DNA of 63,178 nucleotides, filler included, from Pirum gemmata (Eukaryota): NCBI GenBank assembly GCA_002812295.1. It is 21 parts of 21 records of this genome, joined end to end, with 100 filler letters (N's around TTAATTAATTAA, not from the genome) between each part and the next. Parts side by side here need not be neighbours in the genome. Positions count along the whole stretch, not along the records: positions 23,907 to 27,489 come from PDIN01004249.1; positions 27,590 to 30,465 come from PDIN01004250.1; positions 30,566 to 33,466 come from PDIN01004251.1; positions 33,567 to 36,378 come from PDIN01004252.1; positions 36,479 to 39,294 come from PDIN01004253.1; 16 more parts are not named here. One strand, 5' to 3'. Shown piece by piece: positions 23,981 to 36,783 of this stretch (position 1 is its first letter; each line of letters starts with the position of its first letter). The notes under the pieces were generated by a model. It saw only the letters and a program-made list of their open reading frames with translations, ran no database searches and was not told where the DNA came from. The position numbers and the translations under genes were made by a program.

Positions 23981-26459
23981 ATGAAACCAATTTTACTTTT
24001 TCCTTTTTTTAGACTTTCTACAATGTTTTCATTAAAATTTATTTTTTTATTTTTTTCTGTAAATTCTTTTTCATCCGTTACAATTGCAACGAAACATTGT
24101 AATGGACGGCCGGAATATTGTTATGCACCGTTGACCAAAACGTTAATGTTAGGCGCTCATAATGCCTTTTCTATAAAACAGACTGTTAGAGGTAAATGTA
24201 CTAAAACTATTAAAATCCCCGTTATTGGAGAAACAGAAATAACAAAGTTAATGAATTTTGATTGGGACAACCAAGATAAAGAAATTGATCATCTTCTTGC
24301 TCATGGGGTTCGTTTTTTCGACATTGATACTTGTTATTGGGATGGAAAGGCTACATTTGGCGAATTAATTAATAGCAGTCGAGAGACTCCTAAAAAAGGC
24401 TATCACAACTGCCATGGAGAATGTAAGGAAGGTAAAGGCGACAATCGGTTTGTCAAAAGTAAATTTGATAGAATCAAAAACTTTTTAGACTCCAATCTTG
24501 ATGAGTTCATTGTCCTGCAATTTGGTGATATGTCGTATAATGGCAAAAGTCCTAATGGTGAGCAAAAAAAATCAATAAAAGATGGTTTAAAAAAAGAAAT
24601 TAAAGATTTTTTTGGTAATATTGTAACTGAAAATGTTGCTGATATTACTGAAAAAAATCTCAAAACTTTGCTAGAAGTTGACAAGAAACGTATATATTTA
24701 ACTTTTGGATCAGATACTTGTGGTACATATAATGGAAACGTTGCCTCAGCAGGAAACAATGGTCCCTTTGATACTGGTCATATGACTAGAGAGTTAGACA
24801 AATGTAAACAAACATCACATGCTTTTAAAATGTTGGACTGGCATTTTCTTTCTACTGTTATTAAGCAACCAGAGAAAGGTGGGCAAATTGGGAACCACCT
24901 GAATGGCTACTTAAATTCCGTTTGTAGAGATAGAGATTGTCAAGATTACATCAATGTTGTGTTAACTGATTTCAGTAGTTATAATAATTTTCCACAAACC
25001 CTTAGAAATGCTGGTAATAGAGCAATTCAAGAGTTTTTCGAGTATAAGTTTTCTGGATGTTTTATTGACAATGATGATCGAATCATGAACGGTGGGAGGA
25101 TTAACGATGGTTTAACTTCTAACTCTTGCGCTGTTTATTGTCGAAATTTAGGCATGGATTATTTTGGTTTACAAAATGGTGATGAGTGTTTCTGTGACTC
25201 TTTAGCAAATGTTCACAAATTTAGTAAGCATGGCAGGGTCAGTTCAATTGAATGTTCTAAACCATGTGTATCCGATTCATCAAAGAAGTGTGGTGGTACT
25301 TGGAAAATGGCAATCTACGCTTTGACTCCAATAACCGAATCAGTGCCTGTGAACGTTGATTCTAGCCCACAAATTAAAACTGAAAACAATTGCGAGTGTG
25401 AAATACCATTTCGATATAACGATAATGAATATTGGGGATGTACAAGTCAAGATCATTATACTGATTGGTGCTTCACTAAAGGTAAAAAAATAATTAAATT
25501 TGCGATTACTATTATAATCATTTTCCTCTTAATTTTAATTCTAATTTCTATTATTATATCTTTTTACCAACTTATAGGTACAAATTGTGGTTTCAAAGGG
25601 GATCATGGTAATTGGGACGAATGTGCTCCTACGGGTTAGTATTTTTATTTATGTATATTATTATTATTATTATTATATTATTATTAGTTATTATTTTAAT
25701 AACTTAATTTTTATAATTTTTAGAGGTTCCAGGATTTAAGGGATATACTAAAACAGGATGTTTAGATCTCCGCGACTTAGGATCGAGCACTATTTCTTTA
25801 TATGAATGTCATGATTTGTGTAGCAATGATAAGGAATGCATGGCTTTTCAATTTACTTTCACTAGTTCCCTATGTGAGCGTACAAGATACTGCACCGCTC
25901 ATCAATCTAATCCACGTTTGTTACACATTATGACCAATGGCTTCGCGCTTTACCTGAAACCCTCCGCAGGTAATTTTATATAATGTATATAATGAATATA
26001 ATGTATAATCATAATGTATTTCTTTTTTATTTATATATCCGTATAATATAATATTAATATTATATTTCTGTAGCTCCTCTGGAAGGTGGACTTTTAAAAA
26101 TCGCCGCTTTAAATGCAGAAAACAAATGTTTAGACTTTTCCTTTCCCCAACAGAATGTTCTTTATATGTACGGTTGTCATGGGAATAGCAATCAAAAATG
26201 GAAAATTGATGTACTAGGACGGATAATTAGTGAGTATGACCACATGTGTATTGAGGCACATTTAGACAACAATAGTGTCTACATGCAGGAATGTCATTAC
26301 CGTGAAAACCAGCAATGGTATTTTAGTAAGACTTCAGATGGCAAGTATCGCATCACCAATAAGATGTTTGATCCCAAAGTATTAGATTATAATTCTAACG
26401 AAAATAGATTTTATATAAATGATCATGCAAGTGCTGGTACAAAATTCTATTTTGAATAA
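23981..26459 (+). CDS. Secreted PI-PLC-X-like phosphodiesterase + WSC + fibronectin type II + PAN/Apple + ricin-B lectin; join(23981 or 24023..25481,25578..25634,25724..25969,26074..26459), ~715-729 aa
   Basis: All junctions are GT-AG and frame-compatible. CNG...C, GAHNAF, NQ..I...L..GVRFFDID and CHG (PI-PLC-X); GCFID...C..YC...YFGLQNGDECFC...C..PC...CGG (WSC); CEIPFRYND.EYWGCT...WCFT...W.EC (FN2); ECHDLC.NDKECMAFQF....C (PAN); KCLD...GCHGNSNQKW...ECH..ENQQW (ricin QxW). Confidence 0.88.
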
Positions 26460-26567
26460 TTAAATAAAATGAAACTCCTGTCATCATCAAAAATTAACCA
26501 ATTTTTAGCCAGAGCATTATAGTACAAACAAACATAATGCTGTCCATAATAACATATAACAGTCATA

Positions 26568-27435
26568 GTTAGGGTTAGGGTTAGGGTTGGGTTAAGGTTA
26601 GGGTTAGAGTTAGAGTTAGGGCTAGGGCTAGGGCTAAGGTTAGGGTTAGGGTTAGGGCTAAGGTTAGGGTTAGGGTTAGAATGAGTTAGAGTTATAGAGT
26701 TAGGGTTAGTTTTAGGGTTAGAAGGTTAGGGTTAGGGTTAGGGTTAGGGTTAGGGTTAGGGTTAGGGTTAGGGTTAGGGTTAGGNGATAATGATAATGAT
26801 AATGATATGATAATGATAATGATAATGATAATGATAATGATAATGATAATGATATTCATATTGATATTGATATTAATATCGATATTGATATTAATATTGA
26901 TAATGATAATGATAATGATAATGATAATGACAATGATAATGGTAAACTCAAGCCAACCCTAACCCTAACCCTAACCCTAACCCTAACCTAACCCTAAAGC
27001 CTTAGCCCTAGCCCTAGCCCTAGCCCTAGCCCTAACCCTTATAACGATAACGAACATATTAATGATAATAATAATTAATAATAATAATTATAATATTATT
27101 TATAATAATTGTAATAAATAATAGTAAATGATAATAATTATAATAGTATTAATTATAATAATTATAATAAATAATAATAATAGGTAAGAAGTACAATATC
27201 TTTACAGCTTATATTGGAAAGATTAGATACAATGGAGTGGAATAACGGCCAACTTATTAAATATTTAGCAACGATTGAAAAAGAATTAACTGCAGAAGAA
27301 TGGGAAATATTAAGAAGTAAATCATTTTTGCTGGCAAAGTAATTACTTTAACCCTAACCCTAACCCTAACCCTAACCCTAACGCTAACGCTAACCTTAAC
27401 CCTAACCCTAACCCTAACCCTAACCCTAACCCTAA
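26568..27435. repeat. (TTAGGG)n 26568-26786, (GATAAT)n, then (CCCTAA)n at 26954-27040 and 27348-27435
   Basis: Read directly from the sequence. Confidence 0.92.
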
Positions 27436-27843
27436 TTATGGTTATGGTTATAATTATAATTATGGTTATGGTTATGGTTATGGTTATGGNNNNNNNNNNN
27501 NNNNNNNNNNNNNNNNNNNNNNNNNNNNNNNNNTTAATTAATTAANNNNNNNNNNNNNNNNNNNNNNNNNNNNNNNNNNNNNNNNNNNNAATAATAATAA
27601 TAAGAATAATAATAAAATGGAAGAATGTTTTCATGTACCATTACTAGCAAACAAATATAAATATTATTCTATTTTAATAATAATAATTAGTCCATTTTAA
27701 CTTGCCTATCTATTATATACAATAAAAAAGAAGGAAGCTCCTTGATAATCTTAAATTCGGCTTGTGAGTAATATAGTTTCCTTTTCATGGTACTGAAATG
27801 CAGGTTTCAAATTACAAATGTATAATATAAATCATTAGCATCT

Positions 27844-29362
27844 CTATCCCCTAATTCTTTTATTCGTTTTCCGGAACACAATAAAATAAATTAGAACTAA
27901 ACAGAAAAGAAGAAATACCAAAAAATGGACAAATGCAACTTTTTCTTTCAAAAACTCTCGAGTGTTAAATTCAGCGAGTAACTCAGAGTCACCAGTGTTA
28001 ATAGCAAATATTTTTTGTTTGTTATTAATAACTATCTTAGGTGGTAGTGTTAAAGTTTCTGTGGAATCTATTTCAGCAAATATTTTTTGTTTGTTATTAA
28101 TAACTATCTTAGGTGGTAGTGTTAATGTTTCTGTGGAATCTATTCCAGGAAATATTTTTTGTTTGTTTTTAATAACTATCTTAGGAGGTAGTGTTAATGT
28201 TTCTGTGGAATCTATTTCAGGTCTCCCACCACCTTTTCCGCAACCTGCAGATGTGTATAATTTATTATCGTACAACCAGATCCCTGCACCATGGCGACCC
28301 TGTAAAGTATATATTGTTGAATTTGTTAAGTGTACATTTATAATTTGAACTTGCAATGTGAACTTGCTTTGAATTTGTAAAGTTTTTGTTTTGTCAATAT
28401 TCACTTTTAAAATAGTATTTTTAATTCCTTTAAATGTTAAAGTGAATGAAGTGGCTAACTTATTCAAAAGACCAAAAATTGTTTTGTGAACATTTTATTA
28501 CTGGATAGTTGTTTTAGCAAAAACATTACTTTTGGTATTAAAAAAAAAATAGCAACTTAATTCATAGTGTCAAAATTTAAAATTTGTTTCTAATTAAAAT
28601 TAAAGCTATCCGTTAATGGCAGACATAATATATATTGTTATAAGCTAAAACAACTATTCAATAATAAAAATCTTCCCAAAACAAGTTGAATATATATATG
28701 GAACCAAATTTGGGTCTTTCGGAACTTTATCTATATGTATATATATAAACCTGATTGAATTTGGCCATTTCCTTCCATTCGTCTTTCGTAATATCGTATA
28801 TTTCTACGTTTTTGCTAGCGGGTTTTTTCAATTGAAACTCTCCTCCCGCGATTATAACCTTGTAATACATATTTAATCATTGTTAATATAATAAATAAAT
28901 CAATCCTTTTTAAAATCATAACAAAAAATAATTATTCTTTACTTTTTGTTCATCCACGGCAACGGCCATTGCCCCAGCCCGTTTGGTTGGAATGCTTTTA
29001 CCAAGTCTCCATTCCTTGGTTTTAAAGTTGTAAATTTCAACAGGATCTAGCATAGTTTTTTTTAAAAAATATATATGAAAAAAGGAAGTTTTAGTGTAAA
29101 TTAAAAAGAAACTTAGAGCGAAAGAAATAACAAAAAACAAAATGAACATATGATCCTAATATAATATTAGCGAAACAAAAAGGCAAGTAGATTTTTAAGA
29201 TATGACACAGATTCAAGCAAACATATTTTAATACCTACTGTATGATTCCAAACATTTTCTTGAGCAGAGTCACGACCACTAGCCAAAACAAAATTTTCCC
29301 CTAAAACCTTTTGTGTTTGTGTGCAAACAATAATAATATAATTACATGTTAATAACAATAAC

Positions 29363-29405
<43 letters not shown>

Positions 29406-30414
29406 TGAAACAATTATTCACAAAAACTTTTAAAAACAAAAAAATAGAATATTATACATGCACACATACATGTATATGTGGTAATAAGAAGAAGTTGTTT
29501 TAAAAAAAAGTACCACTGCAAAATAGTGGTCTCGCTTATAAGTTGGCTGACTTTCCATCCTAGAGAATTAAATGATATTTTGTTATTATTGATTTATATT
29601 TATATTTAACATTGTATTTTACATATTTGTGACATTAGGACGTATATTAAAACAATTTAGCTAGTATTAACAATTCTCCTGCTTTTCATTTACTTTGACA
29701 TAAAAAAAACGGAATAAAAGTTAGAAAATTAATGCTATAATCATTAGCTTTTATTACAAATCGTCCTGAACTGTTTTCCAATTTAGGGTGTGTTCCTCAT
29801 TAATTACAACTAAAATTTCTAATTTAGGGTGTATTCCTTAAGCTTATTAATTAAATCTAGAATTTTGTTTTCGGATTTCGGTTCTTATTTAAAGAATATA
29901 AGTGCAAGTACCAAGTTAAATAAAAATTAAATATTAAAAAATAACTGAAAATATCCCTTCCATTTATGAGATTATTGCGTTATACTTATCATAATTTATA
30001 TGTTATTTAATGTAAATACGAGTGTAAAAAAAAAGAATCTGAATAAAATTTAATACATTTTTCCCTCATTACCCATAATTTCTAAATGCTTTTAAGTACA
30101 CTTGTATTGGTTACTGATTAAAGTTAAAGTCAAGTATGGAGATCGGAGCGTCATATTAATAAAAATCAAAAAAATGAAAACAATTGCAACAACTGAAAAT
30201 ACCTCGTCCATATATTTAGAACTGGATCGTACTCGTCAAAGTATGGATACGAGGTAGCGCAAGTTCCATGACCACCATTAATACCACCTGACAAGTAAAA
30301 TTTGTTATTATAAATAGCAACTCCAGCAGACCCACGTCTAAATTTTTTTGGTATTTCAGGGCCTTCGTACATTTCATCTTTTTCTACATTGTATTTCAAT
30401 ATGTGAGTTATTGC
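27844..30414 (-). CDS. Kelch-repeat beta-propeller protein with C-terminal TM anchor, 5'-partial; exons 30414-30203, 29559-29514, 29307-29235, 29046-28943, 28858-28751, 28299-27844
   Basis: All junctions are GT-AG with matching phases. EIPKKFRRGSAGVAIYNNKFYLSGG, RDHYFAVVLGENFVLASGR, IPTKRAGAMAV...IIAGGE, NQGRHGAGIWLYDNKLYTSAG; then three 23-aa repeats and the TM VAFVHFLVFLLFCLVLIYFIVF. Confidence 0.88.
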
Positions 30415-30805
30415 CTGTTACATATAATTACATATAATAATTAATTAGTAAGTACGCGCGCAGGGNNNNNNNNNNNNNNNNNNNNNNNNNNNNNNNNNNN
30501 NNNNNNNNNTTAATTAATTAANNNNNNNNNNNNNNNNNNNNNNNNNNNNNNNNNNNNNNNNNNNNATTATAGAGGCAGTATCTAAATGCATTATGATAAA
30601 AAAAAAAATAAAAAAAAAAAATTACTTTGCAGACCAAAATTATTGAGAAAAAATAAAAAAAAAATGTAAAATCAACAAAAAAAATAAAAGAAAAAATAAA
30701 AAAAGTATATAAACTTATAAAGCAACACATAATAGTATAGTAAATGATAGACTACAACGAAAAAAACAAAAACAAAAACAAAACTCAAATACAAAAACAT
30801 TAATA

Positions 30806-30850
<45 letters not shown>

Positions 30851-30884
30851 AAAAAAAAACACCATCGCTGCCACTATTGCTGCA

Positions 30885-31877
30885 ATGGCAGCTTTATTAA
30901 CCCAGGCCAATGCCGTTTCTGCGAACGATGTTGAACAAATTACGGCAACAATTTTTTGTGACAACACCTTCAAACTTTGGTTTAATGGTCGGTTTATCAC
31001 TAGTGACCCTTTGGATTTCACTCCACATAATGCCGTTCAAGTGAAATGGGACGTAACGGAAGCTGATAAAGATGTTAAAGTATTTGCTTTATTGTGCCAA
31101 GATTTTGCAACTAGTTCTGGTTTCGAATATACCAACTCAACAGAGCATGAACCACAATTGGGTGATGGAAATTTGATAGCCTTCTTTGAAAGCAATAAGG
31201 GTAAAACTTGGAAAACCTCCAGCGATTGGTTAACTTATAAACTAAATATCGGACCGATCAATATGATTAGTGGAGACAAACATTGTAATAAAGATAACTT
31301 GGACAAATGCGTTATGCAAACCAATGAAACACCGGAAAATTGGAATCAAATTAACTTTAAACCAACCCGTGAGGGGAATTGGGAAAGAGCTACGAATTAC
31401 ACTGTAGAAGAAACCGGAATGGGAAAGCCAACTACGTGGGTAGAAGGTAAGGGTTGTGGGGAACGAAGCTCTCCATATACTCGCGAACTTTTGGCAGAAC
31501 CGTATCTTATGACTCTGAAATCTGAATGTTTAAACCCTAGAGACGTTATGTTGGATAGTAACCAACAACCCTTGGCTACTCCGATTTGGACAAGTAACTT
31601 ACAATTACATAATCAAATTTTATTTCGATATGAAGAAGGATTTGATGTTTCGGCCTTCCCATATGTAGAGAAAACTGAAAGTTTGAAACAAAATGACAAG
31701 CCTCCCCCACAGGAAGACTCCAACCACCAAAATGCGAAACTAGCCGCAATCGAAGAAACTGGAACTACAACCGCAACTGGAGGAACAAAATCAATAGATA
31801 TTAATAATGCTGCTTCTACAGTATTTGTTCGATTAGGACTTTCCGTTATGTCTGTGGTAGTTAGTTTGATTCACTAA
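30885..31877 (+). CDS. Secreted, probably GPI-anchored protein with a galactose-binding-like fold; true start may lie upstream in the poly-A tract
   Basis: Intronless 330-aa ORF. Signal-like TIAATIAAMAALLTQANAVSA; motifs ATIFCDNTFKLWFNG, SGFEY...QLGDGNLIA, KTSSDW, PENW...F...W..AT, PIW; low-complexity linker; hydrophobic C-terminus after NNA. Confidence 0.75.
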   Translation: MAALLTQANAVSANDVEQITATIFCDNTFKLWFNGRFITSDPLDFTPHNAVQVKWDVTEADKDVKVFALLCQDFATSSGFEYTNSTEHEPQLGDGNLIAFFESNKGKTWKTSSDWLTYKLNIGPINMISGDKHCNKDNLDKCVMQTNETPENWNQINFKPTREGNWERATNYTVEETGMGKPTTWVEGKGCGERSSPYTRELLAEPYLMTLKSECLNPRDVMLDSNQQPLATPIWTSNLQLHNQILFRYEEGFDVSAFPYVEKTESLKQNDKPPPQEDSNHQNAKLAAIEETGTTTATGGTKSIDINNAASTVFVRLGLSVMSVVVSLIH

Positions 31878-32069
31878 ACTATAAAACGAAAGGCCCAATA
31901 CTTATAATTACATATATAGATGATCAAACTACGTATACTAGCCATGGTCTTTATAAATACGATTTGAAGGTTAGGGTGGAAAAGAGGGGAAGGCTTGTTG
32001 AGGTAGTGCAACCACTTGCTTTTTAAATTCTTTGTTTTTTTTTTTTTTTTTTTTTGTTTAAAAAGATTG

Positions 32070-32101
<32 letters not shown>

Positions 32102-32394
32102 GTTCATGCACTTATAACTAGAACTACTAGCAACACACTTTGACACCCTAATAATAAAATTAAAAAATAAAGTAAACATAAACATAAACATATAAATACG
32201 TTACTTAGTGTAACTTGGTACTTGTTACAGCTAGTTCCTAGAGCACATCCTACTTCCTACTTAATACTAGTAGTAGTTTTGAATTTTTGAATTTTTGAAT
32301 TTTTAATCTCATATAATAATGACATAATCAATAAAATTACATCATAATTACATATTAAATGACGTCTTTATTTCAAAATTACCCATGTTAAATT

Positions 32395-33259
32395 TTATAT
32401 TATTCTGTCTATTTGTCGTACCTCAGCTATTAAACGCATTGCCTTGTTTTGTAATATTTCTAGTTTTTCTTTATCCTTTGGAGTCATCATGATTATTGCT
32501 ATAGCTGAGTAATCTGCTATCGACCTTATTATGGACTTATAAGTTCTGGTTAACGTGACTGCGTTGGATCCCCAGTCAGTTCCTTTCAGGCTAAAAAGAA
32601 AGCTTAATTTGTTGTTTAGTTTGCCAGTTAAGAAAGTTAGGTGATATCGGTAGTTGAGTTGTTCGTCTAAATAAGAACCGAGTAATTTTGGGTGTGCCTT
32701 TTGTAGTATTTGTTGTCCGTTGTATTGTAAAAAAAGATCAGTTTTGTTAATACGTTTGTTGCTATTGTCTATTACAAGATAATGTGTTTTGTCTGTGCTA
32801 ATTTTTGTTTTCCATTTCTCCATCCATTTGTAAATGTTATCTAAGGCTGTTTGAGTTTGCTGCTGTGCTTGTTGTGGAGTGCGATATACACCATATAGAA
32901 GGATGCATCATCTGCAAAGAGTACCGAAGTCAAAGTGCTTTTNCCATATCAGGGAGGTCATTGATGAATATTATGAAGAGTATTGGGCCAAGTATTGACC
33001 CTTGTGGTACACCTGTGGTTATATCATTTGTTTTTGAGGTTGCTCCTTTATAGCTGGTTTGATATCGATAGGTTCTGTTCGTTAGATAATCACTTATCCA
33101 ACAGCTGTTATCCAATGGCCGAGATAATTTGGTATCTTGTGTCGGTCTGGTTTTTGGAGTAGTCCTTTGTGCCATGGACCATGGTTTGTCGAAATCTTTT
33201 TCAATATCTGATATTAATTCTAACAAATAGTTGTCAGTAGTATTATTATAGTCTATCAT
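32395..33259 (-). mobile_element. Degenerate non-LTR retrotransposon (LINE) reverse-transcriptase remnant
   Basis: DIEKDFD..W, WISDYLTNR, GVPQGSILGPILFIIFINDLP, LFADD (~32900-32920), KLLG..LD..L, YKSIIRSIADY, LEILQNKAMRLI; disrupted by frameshifts. Confidence 0.9.
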
Positions 33260-35544
33260 ATTTTTATAATATATTTATTATATAGATTTGGAATACTTTT
33301 GGAAAACTAATTTATAAAACTTTTATAAATAGACTATATACTTTAAAAAAATATCATAAGTTCAAAAATAATTATGGTGGACGCAACTTATACATAACAG
33401 TATCTCAAATTGTTTCAAATTTTTTGTAAGTCCGAAAAAAATCCTGTTTTTTTAATTTTTTCTACCNNNNNNNNNNNNNNNNNNNNNNNNNNNNNNNNNN
33501 NNNNNNNNNNTTAATTAATTAANNNNNNNNNNNNNNNNNNNNNNNNNNNNNNNNNNNNNNNNNNNNGTAATAGTAATAGTAATAGTAATAGTAATAGTAA
33601 TAGTAATAGTAATAGTACTAGTAATAGTAATAGTAATAGTAATAGTAATAGTAATAGTAATAGTAATAGTAATAGTAATAGTAATAGTAATAGTAATAGT
33701 AATAGTAATAGTAATAGTAATAGTAATAGTAACAGTAATAGTAATAGTAATAGTAATAGTAATAGTAATAGTAATAGTAAGCAATAGTAAAACAGTAATA
33801 ATATAGTATATATAGTATTAATATTAATATTAATAATAGTAATAGAAATAGTAACAGTAATAGTAATAGTGAAAACATTAGTTTCGTATGATGATGAATA
33901 ATGAAGTTATAGTTATAATAATTTTTTAGTTTTCTTTATAATAGTTGAAATCTAAATTTTGATGAGGGTTTACATACTGTTTACGTATACTCAACACTCA
34001 CAGTATGAAAATAATTAAAAATTTGGTGTGAAAAGTACATAAAAAAAGGGACTTTGAAATAGTTCGTGACATAAAATGGTCGGGGGGACATGTCAAAGCC
34101 TTCGACTTTCATACCGCTACTGAAAACAGTTATTGGTGAATAAACAAGTTGAGCAACTAGCTAACTAGCTGGAGAGCTTGAACATTTGTCTTTTCATTTG
34201 TTTACATTGTTGTAAGTGATTGAGTTATTGTAGTAGGGGTGAGATCTCCACTTGAACTTTTTTCGAACAGATGCCTATCAAGCCAACCTTAGTTCCGTGT
34301 TTCTTACTAATAATAGCAGTTAAATAGCTTAAAATAGTAAATCTAATTATAATAGGTACCAATTACAGTAATAATATTAACATTAATAGTAATAAAAACC
34401 ATAAAAATCGGAAAAGTTCCAGCAGCTGTTCGGTAATAATAAAATGAAGTCATCTTACCCCTACTGTTATTGTGGTTGTGAAACATTGCGTTGGTTTTTC
34501 TTTGTATTTTGTACCACATTTTGATTTGTAGCCAGTACTGACCAGTGAGAGCCGAAGGACTTATATAACTAAACTTTCCAAATAAAGAATATATAAAGAC
34601 AAATAATCAAAAAATGATATTTGTGATAGTTATTTGGCATCGTTTATATTTCTTATAAGTGTCAAATAAAAATTAACATGCGGCAAGGGAGTTTGCAAAA
34701 AAAAAAAAAAAAAAAAAAAGGGGGAAGGGAATTTAAAAAAAAAAAAAAAAAAAAAAAAAGTGTTTCTATTTTCGGTGATATTTGCAACCATAGATAGTGA
34801 ATTATTTGAACTCCAACCTAAAAAAAGCTAAAAAAAAAAAAAGTTATACCATATATGGCTTTTTTGTCTGTTCTTTTTAACTAATAAACAGAGAGCGGTT
34901 CGATTATGACATACACACCAGTAGACTGTGTACTGTGTAGTACCAATATCATTGCAGAACTGAGCAGAAGTGATATTATTAGCTAGAGTAAACCAGAGTA
35001 AACCAGGTTCGGTGTTTACTGGTTTACAACTTTTACAGGTTATTTGATTTATCGGTTTTTTAAAAAAAATACAAGCAAACTTTGTTATTGAATTTTCTTT
35101 ATAGCATCTTTATTACCCATTCTATAAACATTTATATTTTGTTGTCAGACCGACACTTTAAGCTCGAAAAAGCCAAACTAAAGCAATAAAAAGCAAATCT
35201 AGACTATCTATATTTTTTTATTTTTTTACTAATTATTTTTCTTTTTTTTTGGGGGGCGTAAAATGAATAATACAAAAGCGAAATGCGACCGAACGAATTA
35301 AATGACGTCAAAATACCTTCTAATAACCAATTTGTACTATTAATATCGACAGAAGGGGTGCTACATCCAGTTGCCACTGGGGGGACACCCATATGAGCTG
35401 ACCAGGCCTTCAGCCTAAATAAGTGCTAAATGTGGCTAAATGTGGAAATAAAGTGAAGAAAATAAATATGATATATGGACCAACATATGGACATATGACT
35501 CACATATTATCGACATTGTAGATTTTAGTCAATTAATTAATTAA

Positions 35545-35835
35545 TAGGGTTAGGGTTAGGGTTAGGGTTAGGGTTAGGGTTAGCGTTAGCGTTAGCGTTA
35601 GGGTTAGGGTTAGGGTTAGGGTTTGGGTTAGGGTCAGGGGTTTAAGGGTTATGGTTAGCTATAGGGTTAGTATATTAAATGTAGGATCTTAAGTAAAGAT
35701 AGGGTTAGGGTCAGGGTCAGGGTCAGGGTTTTAACGTTAGGGATAGTGTTAGGGTTATGGTTAGTATGTTAAATTTAGGATGTTAATTAAAGTTAGGGTC
35801 AGGGTCAGGGTTAAGGTTATGGCTACGGCTAACGT
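35545..35835 (+). repeat. Interstitial TTAGGG array with TTAGCG/TCAGGG variants
   Basis: Read directly from the sequence. Confidence 0.9.
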
Positions 35836-36783
35836 TAAGAAAATGTATTTTTGTTATCAACCTTTCTTTTCTTTTTTCAAAATAGGTTTGATCTATCATA
35901 TAGACAGTAATAGATGCTGTCATAGCGCTAACTAGGCCATAGCTATCATATATGATATAGGATAGACTACTTTTTCTGATTACTTATTTTATATATGGTT
36001 GATTGATTCTTCTTCTTATTTATACTAATAATATCATAGTATTAAATAGACTTGGACAGAGGTAGCAAACCAGAGGTCAAAATCAAAACCTATATAGTAA
36101 TAGTAATAGTAATAGTAATAGTAATAATAATAGTAATAGTAATAGTAATATTAATAGTAATAGTAATAGTAATAGTATCAGTGATAGTAATAGTAATAGT
36201 GATGGTAGTAGTAATAGTAATAGTAATAGTAATAGTAATATATAGTAATAGTAATAGTAATAGTAATAGTAATAGTAATAATAATACTATATTACTATTA
36301 CTATTACTTTTACTATTATATTACTATTACTATTACTATAATATTACTATTACTATTACTATTACTATTACTATTACTNNNNNNNNNNNNNNNNNNNNNN
36401 NNNNNNNNNNNNNNNNNNNNNNTTAATTAATTAANNNNNNNNNNNNNNNNNNNNNNNNNNNNNNNNNNNNNNNNNNNNAAGATAATCGAATCAAACAGCT
36501 CGATCTTAATTATTAAATAGTGACAATTTTGAAATGATATTTTTTTATTTTTCGAGTTTCAAGTTTTTTCTATGAAATTTCTAACAATTTTTTAATAAGA
36601 ATTTTTTAATGAAATCAAAAGTAAGTGAATATTTAAAATTAGATCGAAAAATTTCGAAAATTTCGAACTACCAGGGTAGTCTCGATTCAATGATTTTTCC
36701 CGCAACTCCCAATAGAAAAAAAATCTTAAGAGAGGTCCTATAGTTTAAATTTAAATCCTTATATTTATGATGACGAAATTTTC

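Noticed and set aside
25482..25577. Apparent transmembrane helix near the end of the 552-aa ORF
   Set aside because: It is a 96-nt in-frame GT-AG intron; removing it restores the FN2 domain.
34070..34560. Possible exon or transposase fragments on the minus strand
   Set aside because: No consistent reading frame or diagnostic motif.
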